A stretch of 63,897 bases of DNA, filler included, from Collodictyon triciliatum (GCA_043381765.1; 10 parts of 10 records of this genome joined end to end with filler, not necessarily neighbours in it); one strand, 5' to 3'. Positions 1 through 12,281 are shown, numbered from the whole stretch's first letter. Program-made: numbers and translations. The notes: generated by a model not told the origin, from the sequence alone.

Positions 1-43
1 TTGGAAAAATATAACCATATCCACTTTTTTCTTTTCCGTTCAG

Positions 44-710
44 GTGTTTGAACACGATTGGGCAATTCGAAGTGCCCAAGGAGTCAATTGCTCCCTGCAA
101 GCGCCTATAGCCTTATCGATAAAGCCAAACTACGGTCACACAGTAGGAAGAATATATCATTAGCAAATCCTAATATGAATATTGAATCATTCAGTCCACC
201 GACCAGTATCAAATTTCGCAGGATATTGTAATTGGGCGAAAGGCATACATCGACATATTCCCACACATATTTGAGTTTCTGGAGACCCCAGAAAAAGTCG
301 CGCAGCGCTTCCCAGTCCCAGAGTATGTAGCACCGAGTTTACCTCAAATTCCTCCGTCATTCAGCATTCAGGATGGTGGCATTGCTGGAAGCGAAGCACC
401 AAACACAGATGATGACGGGACAGACGAAACCGCATCACAGAAAATACACGATTCTGATGTCTACAAGGATGATGCGAGAGTCAAAGTGGCCAGTACCTCA
501 CACGCCAATCCAAGTGGTCGCGATGCTCAACAGGAGTCCCATTCGCGCCCAAATCATGGCGAAGTAGTCGAGCCTAAATCCAGAAAGAGTTTATCTGGAC
601 ACGAGAAAGGAGCTGGAAGTGGTGCTCCCAACGTTCCCCAGCCTCTCCCTCCTCCGCTGCCACCATCAAAATCAGGTGCGAAAATCAGTCGTTGCTGTGT
701 TTTGTCGTGA
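44..710 (+). CDS. 3' part of an alpha/beta-hydrolase (lipase/esterase-like) with a low-complexity tail ending in a CaaX box; 5' end lies outside the window
   Basis: Joining exon 44-142 to exon 222-710 across a GT..AG intron (143-221) gives PNYGHT-DIVIGRKAYIDIFPHIFEFLE, resembling the catalytic-His segment and final helix of AB hydrolases. The protein ends KISRCCVLS*. Confidence 0.55.
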
Positions 711-1459
711 GAATTTGAACGGGCGGAGTAACCTGCTAGCTTCGATTTTCCCGTCGCTTGATTCTCCCTCTATGTTCCTTATCCTCTCTGCTGCAGCTCG
801 ATGCCATTGTTTTACATATTACCCCATTTTCACCACCGAGGACGAGAATACAAACTAAAAAAAAGGGGGAACCCCAATCAATCAATAACATCTTGTGTGA
901 CATTTTTGGTGGAGTCGTTCGAGGTAGTGAATTAGCTTTGTGAATTTTTTTAAAAATTATAGGAAGACTAACTCAATAAATCGATTAGTGTATGACTAGT
1001 GATATAAGAAAATTGCAAATGTGGCGAAATGGGACATGTGCCAGTTAACTTTCGGCGACAGATTCAATCTCGGTGCCTGAGACCTGGTGGAAATCGTGAA
1101 AAGTTGCACGCCATCCTTTGCATATGTCACCTCAAAGATATTTGCTATAAGAGAATATAGAGGGGCGATCGAGGTTCAGCGTTTGTAGTTCTCTTTGTAT
1201 CCTTCTATGCCTGGAGAAAGCTGTTGCTTTTGTATCTGGCTGTACACGTAAGGTTAGGGATGGTGATTGGCCAAGGGCGTCTCGAAACTGTCATTTGTGC
1301 CTTCAATTCAACGCTTGGTCGCTACTTTCATGTTAGCTTGTTGTTTGCATGGGTCGATTGCCCTTTGGAGCGTATACTATTGGAAAGCTTCCCTGAGAAT
1401 CTGCGTGCCATGTTCACTGCCTCAGCGATAGACATATTTGAAGGGAATCGCAATTAACC

Positions 1460-1600
1460 TTAGTTGATCCATTTTATACTAGAAGGGGTATACATCTTTC
1501 AATTGGTAAACCTGGTCGCAAGTATCCAAGGTCTCACCACTTTTTTCACAGAGGTTGTGTAGTGGTGAACGCTGCCAGGAAAGACACAACAGCCATTTTT
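1460..1600 (-). ncRNA. Candidate Fanzor omega-RNA scaffold region (boundaries unknown)
   Basis: Overlaps and follows the Fanzor 3' end. Contains a stem TCACCACT (1534-1541)/AGTGGTGA (1561-1568) with an inner CACA/TGTG pair, plus weaker complementarity at 1503-1531 and 1475-1493. Assignment is positional inference only. Confidence 0.35.
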
Positions 1601-2462
1601 TTAGAGGAAGGTGCATACTTTTTTTGAAGGATTGGAATAACTTTGTTGAGTATATTTTTAGCGCTGTTAAAGTCCCTTGTCAAGGATACAGTTTGTTTGC
1701 TTTCTGAGCGATGGCATTCTTTAAATATGAGACATCTGTACATTTTTTTGTATTTCCTTTCGGTGTCATATATTCCAGTTCTTTTTCGCAGTTACAGCAC
1801 ATCTTGGAGGTCTAAATTCATCAACTCTCACTATACAAAACGTTTGGATACTATTTTTTTGTAATCCTCTTCTGATTGTTGGCATAAAATGTTTCATCGG
1901 AGATTTTCTGCTCCAGTCTCCATACGCCAGAACGACATCCTTGCTAAATATCTTTTCGATTCGGTCCATAAACAACTCTTCACTTCTTTTTGTATTAACA
2001 TACTGTCTCCATGTCATCTTTCGAAAAGTCACGTGTTCATAAAATCTGGAAAACTCTCTGGCATCTTGATTTCATAGGTACATATTTTCGAAATTTTTCA
2101 TAATCGACCGTGCATGAATTATGTTTACACAGTTCTGTCTCTAAATCGATTAAAGATGCTCTTGATGTCTCAAACTGCTGATTCTCTTCAAAAGTCCTGG
2201 GAACAAAAGAAACGGCACTTTGTATACCTGTTGCCATGCATATCCCTGAAGGATTGTACTTTTCTTTTCGCGCAAGAGTATTTTTTGATTTTAAAGAGAT
2301 TTGCTGTCATGTCTTGTTTGGTGTGCCGTGTAACGTAATTTCTTTCCTTTCTCATCCACCATGTAAACCAAATAAACTTGCCTGCATCCACTTTAACTAT
2401 TCTTTTTGTTGCTAATAAAGATAACTGCTCTTCGGAAAGGTCATCTATATAAACATATTCTT
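1546..2462 (-). pseudogene. Degenerate Fanzor1-like (TnpB-derived) RNA-guided RuvC endonuclease, C-terminal half, with multiple frameshifts
   Basis: Stitched translation: YIDDLSEEQLSLLATKRIVKVDAGK (RuvC-I D, 2388-2386) / YLVYMVDEKGKKLRYTAHQ / NQKILLREKK / ETELCKHNSCTVDYEKFRKY / FYEHVTFRKMTWRQYVNTKRSEELFMDRIEKIFSKDVVLAYGDWSRKSPMKHFMPT..RVDEFR (RuvC-II E, 1819-1817) / SKMCCNCEKELEY / YRCLIFKECHRSESKQTVSLTRDFNSAKNIL (RuvC-III D, 1674-1672). Confidence 0.88.
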
Positions 2463-2522
2463 GGGGGGGGTTTTTTTATTGTATTTGAATTTTGAATTTG
2501 AAATATCTTTCTTTTCAAACAA

Positions 2523-2598
2523 TTTTTTTTTTTTCCTTTATTCGATTCAAAGTGCAGCGAGGTTGTGCCATACAAAGGGGCGAGGTAGGTGCGCATGG
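2523..2598 (-). mobile_element. 3'-terminal fragment of a retroposon (LINE/SINE-like) with AATAAA and an oligo-A tail
   Basis: 2535-2598 is a near-identical copy of 32860-32923. On the minus strand it ends ...CACTTTGAATCGAATAAAGG followed by an A run (T run at 2523-2534). Confidence 0.7.
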
Positions 2599-2864
2599 TA
2601 TCAAATTCTTATTAATATATAATTTCCAGATAAGTATAATTTCACTGATTGTCTGTTTTTCTCTATTAGCCACGATCAAAGTCCAATCAGAAAACGCCCG
2701 GCAGAACGCCACGAGATGGAAAGAAGCTCAAGCAAGAAACAACATAACAAAAGAACTCGCTGCGCTATGAATCAAATAAAGGGGAAAAAAAAAGCCTTAA
2801 CGAAAGAAAGGCAAGAAAACTAACTTGTTTAATAAAAATCTACCCAAAAACATCACAAGCAGCT

Positions 2865-5018
2865 ATGGAGGGCGGCTATTTTCGGGTAAGAGGACGGATT
2901 TTCCTTTGTCATAAAGGTTTTATTACAAATACTCAACTCTGTCAATGTCTTTTGTTGGGAAGAAAGTATGGCAACCCCAGACAAAGAGAGTTGGACGTTA
3001 TATGTTTCCTTTCTATTTCACACACTCTTATTGCGGTCCAAACAAAATCTTTATTAACTGAATGGTTAAAGGGCACAAGCATGGACCAGGACGGTCGCTT
3101 CTCTAACAAGGAGAAGAAGCTTATCCAGAAGACCAAGTTTCATCCGGTCTTATCGACAAAGGTGATCTTGTCATTTTGCAGTTGTGTCGTTACAAAACAG
3201 TCTCATGTTAGGCAAAGTGAAAACAATAATAATAATAATGTCGATAATTATTCCCCTGGATTTATACTCATGAATATAATTCAACTTAAACTGAATACGC
3301 TATTTCGGTATATTCTTGACTTCTTGAAGGTGAACATGGCGAAAATAAACATACCAGCACAAACCACCTGGATTGAGCATAACATAGCCCAATATTTGGG
3401 AACGGAGGACGACGTACTCGTATCCTATGTTCTGAATTTATTGGAACAGGTTTGTTGTTTCCTTCTTGAATCCCAGCCCCCTCTATTCTCCTCGCTATGT
3501 TCCTTTTTCTCCTCAGCTTGCTTATTTGATTTATATAAAAAGCACTTTTCCAGACAAACAAGGACACTCATCCTTAGTTTATACAGAAGCTTATATCTCA
3601 ACGCACGTCTGAATTTCCGCCTTGTTCATATTTCTTCTGTCCATCAGAACGGAGTTCCACAATCCCCATGATTTCTACGTACCTCCATCTTTTGATATCT
3701 TGAATCAGGAAGGAATTCACCGACTTTTACTTTTCTTCCTTCACACTCTTGTTATCGCATCTTTTCTTTTCTCTCTCTCCCTCTCTCGATCTTTTCTCTC
3801 TTTTTCCATACTTCCTAGCCTAATCCTGACGGACGCGAAATTCAAATTTCTTTAACCCCCATGCTAATGAAGAATGCAGCGGTAACCTCTTTTCTTTTCT
3901 CAATAGCTTTTGATTAAATGATATTAATTGAACTGAACAACCGAATAGAAAGGAGGAAATGCTTAACATATACTGCTTACTATGACGATTGATGCCTATA
4001 ATATATTAGTAACTGGAAACACGTGGGGTATTTTTCAATTAAGGTTTTCACTCAAAGGCTATGGGAGCGACTTGTCGAGGCTCAATCTAACATAGGAGGA
4101 TATCCAACAAGTGTTTTGGAGAAGGCCAAGGAAGACTTGATAAAGGAAGTATGTAGCTCATTCGTCCAGCACATAGGACCTATCTCTAACTCTTTCTAAC
4201 ATCTTCTCAGTCATTTTTATTACATCGACATTCGACATCATTTATGACGGGATTATGCAAAATATTTTTTTTCTTTTTAGAAACAAAAGCTTGAAGCTAC
4301 CAACCAGAACCACCTTACTTCGAATGATAACACAACGTAACTCATCATCCATCGCCCCTTGACTCTTAATAGGAATTACCGCATAATTATTATCATTATT
4401 TTGTGTATATTCTGACCAAGCCCGTCACCTCTTTCTTGCTCTGCAGATATCCCAGAAATAATCTATTTTAATTCATAGCAGTTCCCAGTAACATCCTTGA
4501 TTCGTGATTGTAGGGTAAAAACGGAACCTCCGGTCGAGGCAGTTTATGGATTGAAGACTACTACTACCCGCGAGAACGACCGTGACATAGACAGACATAG
4601 AGACAGAGACAGAGATAGAAATAGGGACCGCGATAGAGAAGGAGGCCGCGATAGAGACGTGGACAGAGACAGGGACAGAGATAGAGACCGTGATAGAGAC
4701 AGGGACAGGGACAGGGACAGAGACAGGGACAGAGATAGAGACCGTGATAGGGACAGAGACAGAGACAGGGATAGAGACAGGGACAGAGGCAGGGACAAGG
4801 ATAGAGAAAAGGAAAAAGAAAGGAAGAAGGAGAAGAAAGAAAAGAAGAGGCGCTCCAAGCATTCATCAGACAGTGAAAATGACAGTAACAGCGAAAGTGA
4901 ACGTAAATCCAAATCGAAACACAAATCAAAGTCGAAGTCAAAGTCGAAGGACACTGAAGCCAAAGAAAAGGAACCAGAGAACACAACCAAAACGGACGAC
5001 CTGATTACAAAAGAATGA
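2865..5018 (+). CDS. SRRM1: PWI-domain splicing factor SRm160/SRRM1-like with an RD-repeat tail (multi-exon)
   Basis: Exons give [30 protein letters not shown]..|[73 protein letters not shown], the SRRM1 N-terminus and PWI domain. The last exon encodes (DR)n and K/S-rich sequence. Confidence 0.9.
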
Positions 5019-5933
5019 ATTGGAGGCGTGGGACGGCCCGGCCGTTAGTTTTCTTCCATCTTAGCTGGATATCCTTTTGGTTTTGAGAACAAGACAACCA
5101 CAAAGGAATAAAACTACCTTCGACTAGCCACTCTATCCCAGGTTCCACACCGACCCACACAACCAAAGGAAGGATAGGAGAGAAACCAGACAGACAGATA
5201 CATATGTGGAAAATAATTATAAATTATGTTTATATCAAATTTGAAAGAACATAAACAATATTGGTATGCAATTATCAACAATGTATATAATTGCGTAATA
5301 TAAAGGAGCCATCTTATCAGATTGTATGTAATTGTGCAGTGCTCCCTTTAACGGCTCCTAATAAATTAAAGAAGTTTACTTTTAGCCACAATATCCTTTA
5401 ATGGACGGAAACTTTCAAAAAAATGGCCACAACGGAGACAAAATATGATTCAGTCACCAGCGAATATTATATTCCACATTAAGATAATATGAAATTGCCT
5501 TGGCAACCTATTTGGATGGGTGCCAGTTTTCCAGACTTGGATATTTTCAAAATCGTCAACCTTTGCCCAAAAAAGGCGATGCCAATAGACGAGAAAATTT
5601 GAAGAGAAATTGAAACAGCCACCGTTCTTCATCGCAAGAGAATCTGAGGCTATCCGAAGTGATCGCGAGTGGCCGGGCGATTGAGGAAGGATGTATGGAG
5701 GCGACAAACCGCGATCTGTCGGCCACTTCCACAACACCCGTTCGTCATCGCGTCTGGTGGTTTTAACCGAAGGATCATCTACACCCGCTTAGCAGGCTGT
5801 TTAACAGCTTTTGTTGTGGGCGAGTCGGAGCCATCAAAAAAACAAAAAACAAAAAACAAAAAACAAAAAACAAAAAACAAAAAACAAAAAACAAAAAACA
5901 AAAAACAAAAAACAAAAAACAAAAAAAAAAAAA

Positions 5934-6033
5934 NNNNNNNNNNNNNNNNNNNNNNNNNNNNNNNNNNNNNNNNNNNNTTAATTAATTAANNNNNNNNNNN
6001 NNNNNNNNNNNNNNNNNNNNNNNNNNNNNNNNN
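5934..6033. other. Artificial contig linker N44-TTAATTAATTAA-N44; identical linkers at 11999-12098, 18030-18129, 24059-24158, 34330-34429, 39813-39912, 45835-45934, 51867-51966, 57882-57981
   Basis: The same 100-nt structure occurs nine times, and TTAATTAATTAA puts stops in all six frames. Flanking genes are cut mid-sequence. Confidence 0.97.
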
Positions 6034-6247
6034 AACAAACAAACAAACAAACAAACAAACAAACAAACAAACAAACAAACAAACAAACAAACAAACAAAC
6101 AAACAAACAAACAAACAAACAAACAAACAAACCAAAGAACAAAAAAAACATAAAAAAATACACGATTAATGTTCCTTTTTTTTTTATCTTACTGAGAGTG
6201 AGTTTACACCAGTCTTATCTCTCTCTGAGTTTTTATTCCCTTTATAG

Positions 6248-7193
6248 ATGATGTCACGTGAATCAAGGTCTTCGATACTTCCACTATTTGGAAGCTTTAA
6301 AATCGCAGAGTACTACTTCGAGATTCGGATAGGTACACCAGGTTAGAATTTTGCCTCTTTATCATGTAGTGATGGTGCATGAGATATTGCTGACACAATA
6401 ATTACGAGAGTATTTCCTTACAAAACACTTTTTATCGTTCACTGTTTTTATATTGAATTTGCAATTCAATGGTGATATATTATGTTATATCTGTATATAA
6501 TTTTTTTTTCGATCAATGTCTTATTTCATTTTCCTTTCTCTATCTCAAATTCAGGACAAATTTTCTATGTACAAGTCGACACAGGTAGTTCGTCCACTGC
6601 AATTCCGATGGTTAAGTTTTGTTGATATTTTTCATATTGCTATTAATTCGGAAACATCATAATATGACAAAAAAATACGTCATAATACTGATATTTATCA
6701 CCAAGGTGATTCATACTCTTAACTAAATTATATCATCCCTGCACGATTCATTACAGATTGAATGCAAAGAAGGGCCTCAATCTGAGGCTTGTCATGTTGT
6801 TAAAGAGCCATATGACCCGGTCAAGTCAACCTCGGCCATAATTTCTCCTTGTAACAGGTGAAAATGATATCTTGAATTTATCGGTTTAATTATTCTCTTA
6901 TAATTATGATTATTCTTATTATTCTAGTATATTGATTTGATGACCCTTTGTTTACCTTTTTATCCAACTTACAAATTCATCTCACAACTGCAAAATCTAT
7001 CTATTGACGTTATGTTATATACTGTTTGTAGTGAATGTTCATTCTGCTATTCCAGAATATGCGGGTTTCGACTTCAATACGGGGATGGATCGAAAGGTTT
7101 ATCATAGACGAAATTTCAAAATCTTATTCTTCAATGTGATGAATCATATTCAATTACTATTACTATTACTATTACTATTACTATTATTATTAC

Positions 7194-7242
<49 letters not shown>

Positions 7243-7252
7243 NNNNNNNNNN

Positions 7253-7320
<68 letters not shown>

Positions 7321-10300
7321 TTCAACTTGTGTCCACCCTAACAATACACTATCATCAAAAGTGGAGGGGCCTGTCTTTACGGACAGAGTAACAGTTGGCC
7401 CGTACAGCTTTCAAATGACTTTTGGGGGTGTGAAGATGTCCAGTGCTGGGTTTGAGCGTGGGCCGGTCGACGGCATAAGTGGATTTGCCTCTATCGCACT
7501 TTCTCCCTCTGATATGGATCCGTTATTTGATGCTTTAATTGTAGGATTTCGATGTTATATTTGCTGCTTATATTTTCACATTTTTCGATAATTTTTTTTT
7601 AAAAAAAAAAAACAACTGAACTCTAAATAGCTTGTTCATCTTATGGTCAGTTGAACTATTTTTCTTTTCTTTTGTAAAAAATGATATAGAGAGGTAACCC
7701 TATGGATAAGGTATTTTCTTTGTGCCTCGGGTGGGAAGGCGGCTTCTTAGTATTTGGGGGGTACGATCCAAAAGTATGTACAAAATCATACGAACACGAT
7801 ATCGTTTGATCAGTTATTATGAATTGATTTTCGATGAAAGATATTGGTATCATTTTGGATTACCTTTTAGTTCAATGACGGAGATATTGCCTATGTCCCG
7901 ATGACATTCAGCAACTTCTACTCAATCAAAATCTTGGGACTTTCTGTATCTTTTAAACCATATTTCTCATCGCACATTCTTTATAAGAAGCAAATTTTTA
8001 TTCCTCTGTAGTTTAGATTCTATATTCATTTTTCTGCACTCGAATATTACATCTAAGCTTTCTGTAATATTGTGATAGGCTAATGATGGACCTTTACCTT
8101 TGTATGCGTCAGATTTTAATATGTACTCTGACCCTCCTGTTGTTGACAGTGGAACCACATTGTAAACTGAAAATTAGTTTTTTATACATAATTATTTTTT
8201 TCTGTTCTGTTCTGGTCTGGTCTTTTTCTTTCTCTCTTTCTGTTCTATAGTTGAATATATGGAAGAATTTTTCTCTCATATACAACGACTCATATCAAGT
8301 ATCGTTTATCTGCACCAACACTTTCTAGTTTCAAATTACCTGAAAATAATTTTATAGCTTGAATTATTAAATTTTCCTTTTTTTTTAAAAAAAAATAAAC
8401 AAACGAATAAAAAAAATAACAATAAAACAAACCACATCACATATCCAGAACTATTTTTCCTGATAAAGTGTTCAACGAAATCAAGAAATATCTACAAGCA
8501 AACTTCTGTGATGTAATCGGCATCTGTCCTGAGTATTGAAATTTTATATCATTCGTTAAAACTTGTATCCTCGATTTGGGGTATCTGAATTTTTACGTAT
8601 ATATCAATGCTCTTTTTATTGGAAATATTATTTTTTTATATTCTGACTTCACAACTCTAACCACAGCGATGACGGGAAAACCATGTTTGATGGATATTTC
8701 TATCGAATTCCCTCGAGTCAAATAAGCCAGTTCCCAACCTTTACATTTAAACTCGAAAACCAAGTTGAGCTAAAACTCGGACCAGAATATTACATGTCAG
8801 AAATCGATGTGAGTATTGATTTCCTTTCATTAATTTCAAAAAAAAAAATGAAAATATATTAAAATAGCCGATATGCATCCTTGGGGCCACAAGATACTGT
8901 AACTTACAAGGATAGCCTTGATAATAATAATAAAAAGATAATACTTTTATTACACCGCCAGGGGTATACCGGTTTGGGATTCTCTGTGGGCAAAAACGTG
9001 CCAACGATTTTGGGTATTTTTCTCTATTCTAAAACAACAACAAAAAATAATAATAAACCTTATTCATATTGATTCTATTTCACTCTTTTTTGTTTGAGAC
9101 ATCTAAATTCTGTTCATTTAATAATAATTTTTCCAAGACGATTCCTTACCCAATATTCGCTCATATATTTATGTTATTTTCATTAGGAAATACATTCATG
9201 AGGGCGTTCAATACTATATTTGACGTTAAAAATCAACGAATTGGGTTCGCAAAATCCAATAACTGTCACGGTAACCATATGCGCAGTGTTATTATGTTGC
9301 TTCCTGTCGTTAATTATTATTTACAAATAGTTACCTGCATATCCCATAATGATGGTGCTTATATTCATCGTTTGAATCTCAACCCATACCCGTCGCGTTG
9401 AGTTATTTTGTTAATGTCGTCATTCTATTCACAGGTGTGCCATATGTTATTTCTTCGCATTCTGGCGACATGCAAACTGGAACCATCTCGATGCGACTTC
9501 ATAATCCTTTACAAGTTAAAGGTGGATTTTAACCTTTCATTAATCTGTACTAGCAATATGTGCGCATACATGCATATATGTATGGAAATATCTGATACAT
9601 TTTTTTGTCGGTTTTTCGGTTTGTGAAGTTGTCGATGCCACTACCAAAAAACCAGCTGTTGGAGTTCCCGTCCGTTTTGAAGTCGATTTCCCTCGCAACT
9701 TTGGCCACTTTTCTCAACAGACAGTGTACACAGATGAATATGGGTACACCGATATAATACACATACAAATAATAACAACAATAATACTGTTAATAGATGA
9801 ATAAATAAATAAACTTAGTTGAGCATATATCAAGCCTTGAAACAAAAACAGTATATCACTTATTGGGATTTGAGGCTCGAATTCTAAACTTTCGACCATA
9901 TTTGCTAAAATGTACATATTAAGGATTGCATCAACATATTTTTATTTCGGTCGTGCGGTCGGTCAATATTATGTCTCAGGTATAGTATATCAAATTACAT
10001 ACGTGCTTAGAAAACCAATACTGATCTAATGATATACGCCGTACAATTTTCGGCAAAATATACAAATATGTTTATCGTGAGTCATGTACCCTAAAATGAA
10101 TTTAACAAGCCGATATCTTTTCTAACTGAACTGAAAAACAATAAATAATCTGCAGCATCCTCAAAAAATGCAGCACATTCTCCCGTGACATTCGTTCTAA
10201 ACGCCGGGAACATGATTGGTATTGGTAAATGAAATATAACCATAACTATAATCGCATGATCTTAATGCATCCCTGGTCTGATACCAATTGCGTTTCATCT

Positions 10301-11409
10301 TATTTCATTTTGCTTTTGTTTTATTTTTTTATTGTTTTATTTTTTTATTGTTTTATTTTTTTATTGTTTTATTTTTTATTGTTTTATTTTTTTATTGTTT
10401 TATTTTTTTATTGTTTTATTTTTTTATTGTTTTATTTTTTTTATTGTTTTATTTTTTATTGTTTTATTGTTTATTGTTTATTGTTTATTGTTTTATTGTT
10501 TATTGTTTTATTTTTATTGTTTTATTTTTATTGTTTTATTTTTATTGTTTTATTTTTATTGTTTTATTTTTATTGTTTTATTTTTATTGTTTTATTTTTA
10601 TTGTTTTTTCTTCCCGCTTTTTTTCTGTTCTGGATTTTTTATGGCATTTTTCCTCTAATTTTTTTTAATAATTCAACCAATCATATCCCACATTAGATTT
10701 CTATCTGGTAGCCGGGTTCATATTCTTTGTCGGTAAGTCAATTATATGCTTAGCTTTTTGCTTTATTTTATGCACAAAACCCCCGTAATTTATGGCGTTT
10801 TAGTGCTTTCGATGTCAGCATATACTTTTTACTCGTGGTGGGTCCGAAGAAAAAGAACAGAAGCTGAGCGGGTTTGTGCGCCTTTTCCATAGCCCCAGAA
10901 ATAGTTTTTTGTTATTTGTTTTATTTGTTTTATTTGTTTTATTTGTTTTATTTGTTTTATTTGTTTTATTTGTTTTATTTGATTTATTTGATTTTTTTGT
11001 TTTTTGTTTTTTGTTTTTTGTTTTATTTGTTTTATTTGTTTTATTTGTTTTATTTGTTTTATTTGTTTTATTTGTTTTATTTGTTTTATTTGTTTTATTT
11101 GTTTTATTTGTTTTATTTGCTTTAATTATTTTATTTATTTTTGTCTCTACAAGATTCTCTGTGATGTTTGCTTGTCTGTTCTCCCCGCCGCACAACCTAG
11201 CCACCCTTATCTCAACCATATATATATATTTATATTTATTGGAATAATTATTAGATTACTCATATGTATTTACAATCTATCAACAATTAAGATGTCTCTT
11301 ATTAAAACAGAAATATAAATAAAAAAAATAGGCGCGGCTGACGCAGCTGATGCGATACGACTACGATGGAGACGAAGAAGAATCCAATTTAATTCTTAGA
11401 CATGAATAA
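6248..11409 (+). CDS. Pepsin-family (A1) aspartic protease with a C-terminal extension including a hydrophobic, possibly membrane-spanning segment; multi-exon, 5' end uncertain
   Basis: EYYFEIRIGTPG|QIFYVQVDTGSS (first Asp, ~6577), VDGISGFA, VFSLCLGWEGGFLVFGGYD, PPVVDSGTT (second Asp, ~8145), LGNTFMRAFNTIFDVKNQRIGFA. Putative last exon ARLTQLMRYDYDGDEEESNLILRHE*. Confidence 0.9.
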
Positions 11410-12281
11410 TAAAGTTACCTTTGCGCACTGCCAAACGCACTCGGCCTAAACAACTCGAATCAGTGGGTTTCAGGCTGACGTGACGGAATGCAAAGAAAAG
11501 GTAAAGCAGCGATTCGAGAGAGAACGCGGGCTTATTGTTGGATAAGTGAATGCGTAAAGTCGGACGGAGTCTCGGGCTTTTCATTCGATGCGCGTTCTGC
11601 TTTGTGCGCAGAAATGTTGGAGCTTGGAAGAGTGTGTTGGGATAAAACTTGATGTACTTCCTCGCCCCCCTGAAGTGATTTTTGATGTCTTTTCTCTTTG
11701 CTTTTCTCTTTTCTTTTTATTCTTTTCTCTTTTTTTTTTCTTTTCTCTTTTTTCTTTTCTCTTTTTTCTTTTCTCTTTTTTCTTTTCTCTTTTTTCTTTT
11801 CTCTTGTCTTTTTTCTTTTCTTTTCTCTTTTTTCTCTTTTTTCTCTTTTTTCTTTTTTTTCTTTTTTTCTTTTTTTCTTTTTTTTCTTTTCTTTTCTTTT
11901 CTTTTCTCTTTTTTCTCTTTTTTCTCTTTTTTCTCTTTTTTCTCTTTTTTCTCTTTTTTCTCTTTTTTCTCTTTTTTCTCTTTTTTCTCTTTTTTCTCNN
12001 NNNNNNNNNNNNNNNNNNNNNNNNNNNNNNNNNNNNNNNNNNTTAATTAATTAANNNNNNNNNNNNNNNNNNNNNNNNNNNNNNNNNNNNNNNNNNNNAA
12101 AAACATAAAAAAACAAAAAAAAAACATAAAAAAAAAAAAAAAAAAACATAAAAAAACATAAAAAACATAAAAAACATAAAAAACATAAAAAACATAAAAA
12201 ACATAAAAAAACATAAAAAAACATAAAAACAGGACAGCTGAACTGGGCCAGAGCGAGAAACCGATACAAAACCCAACCACG

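Noticed and set aside
1013-1050. NCKCGEMGHVPVNF as a gag-like zinc knuckle
   Set aside because: Spacing is wrong, the last Cys is missing and there is no supporting ORF.
4583-4810. Tandem GA-rich repeats as a CRISPR-like array
   Set aside because: This is the coding (DR)n region of SRRM1, with no unique spacers. No CRISPR array was seen in the window.
1546-5018. Functional link between the Fanzor remnant and SRRM1 or the hydrolase
   Set aside because: Only adjacency supports it; the remnant is frameshifted and shows no sign of domestication.
10229-12054. Long F/L/Y/C-rich ORFs here, and similar poly-K, poly-F, QTNK, HTYI and X-containing ORFs elsewhere
   Set aside because: They are translations of microsatellites or N gaps, not proteins.
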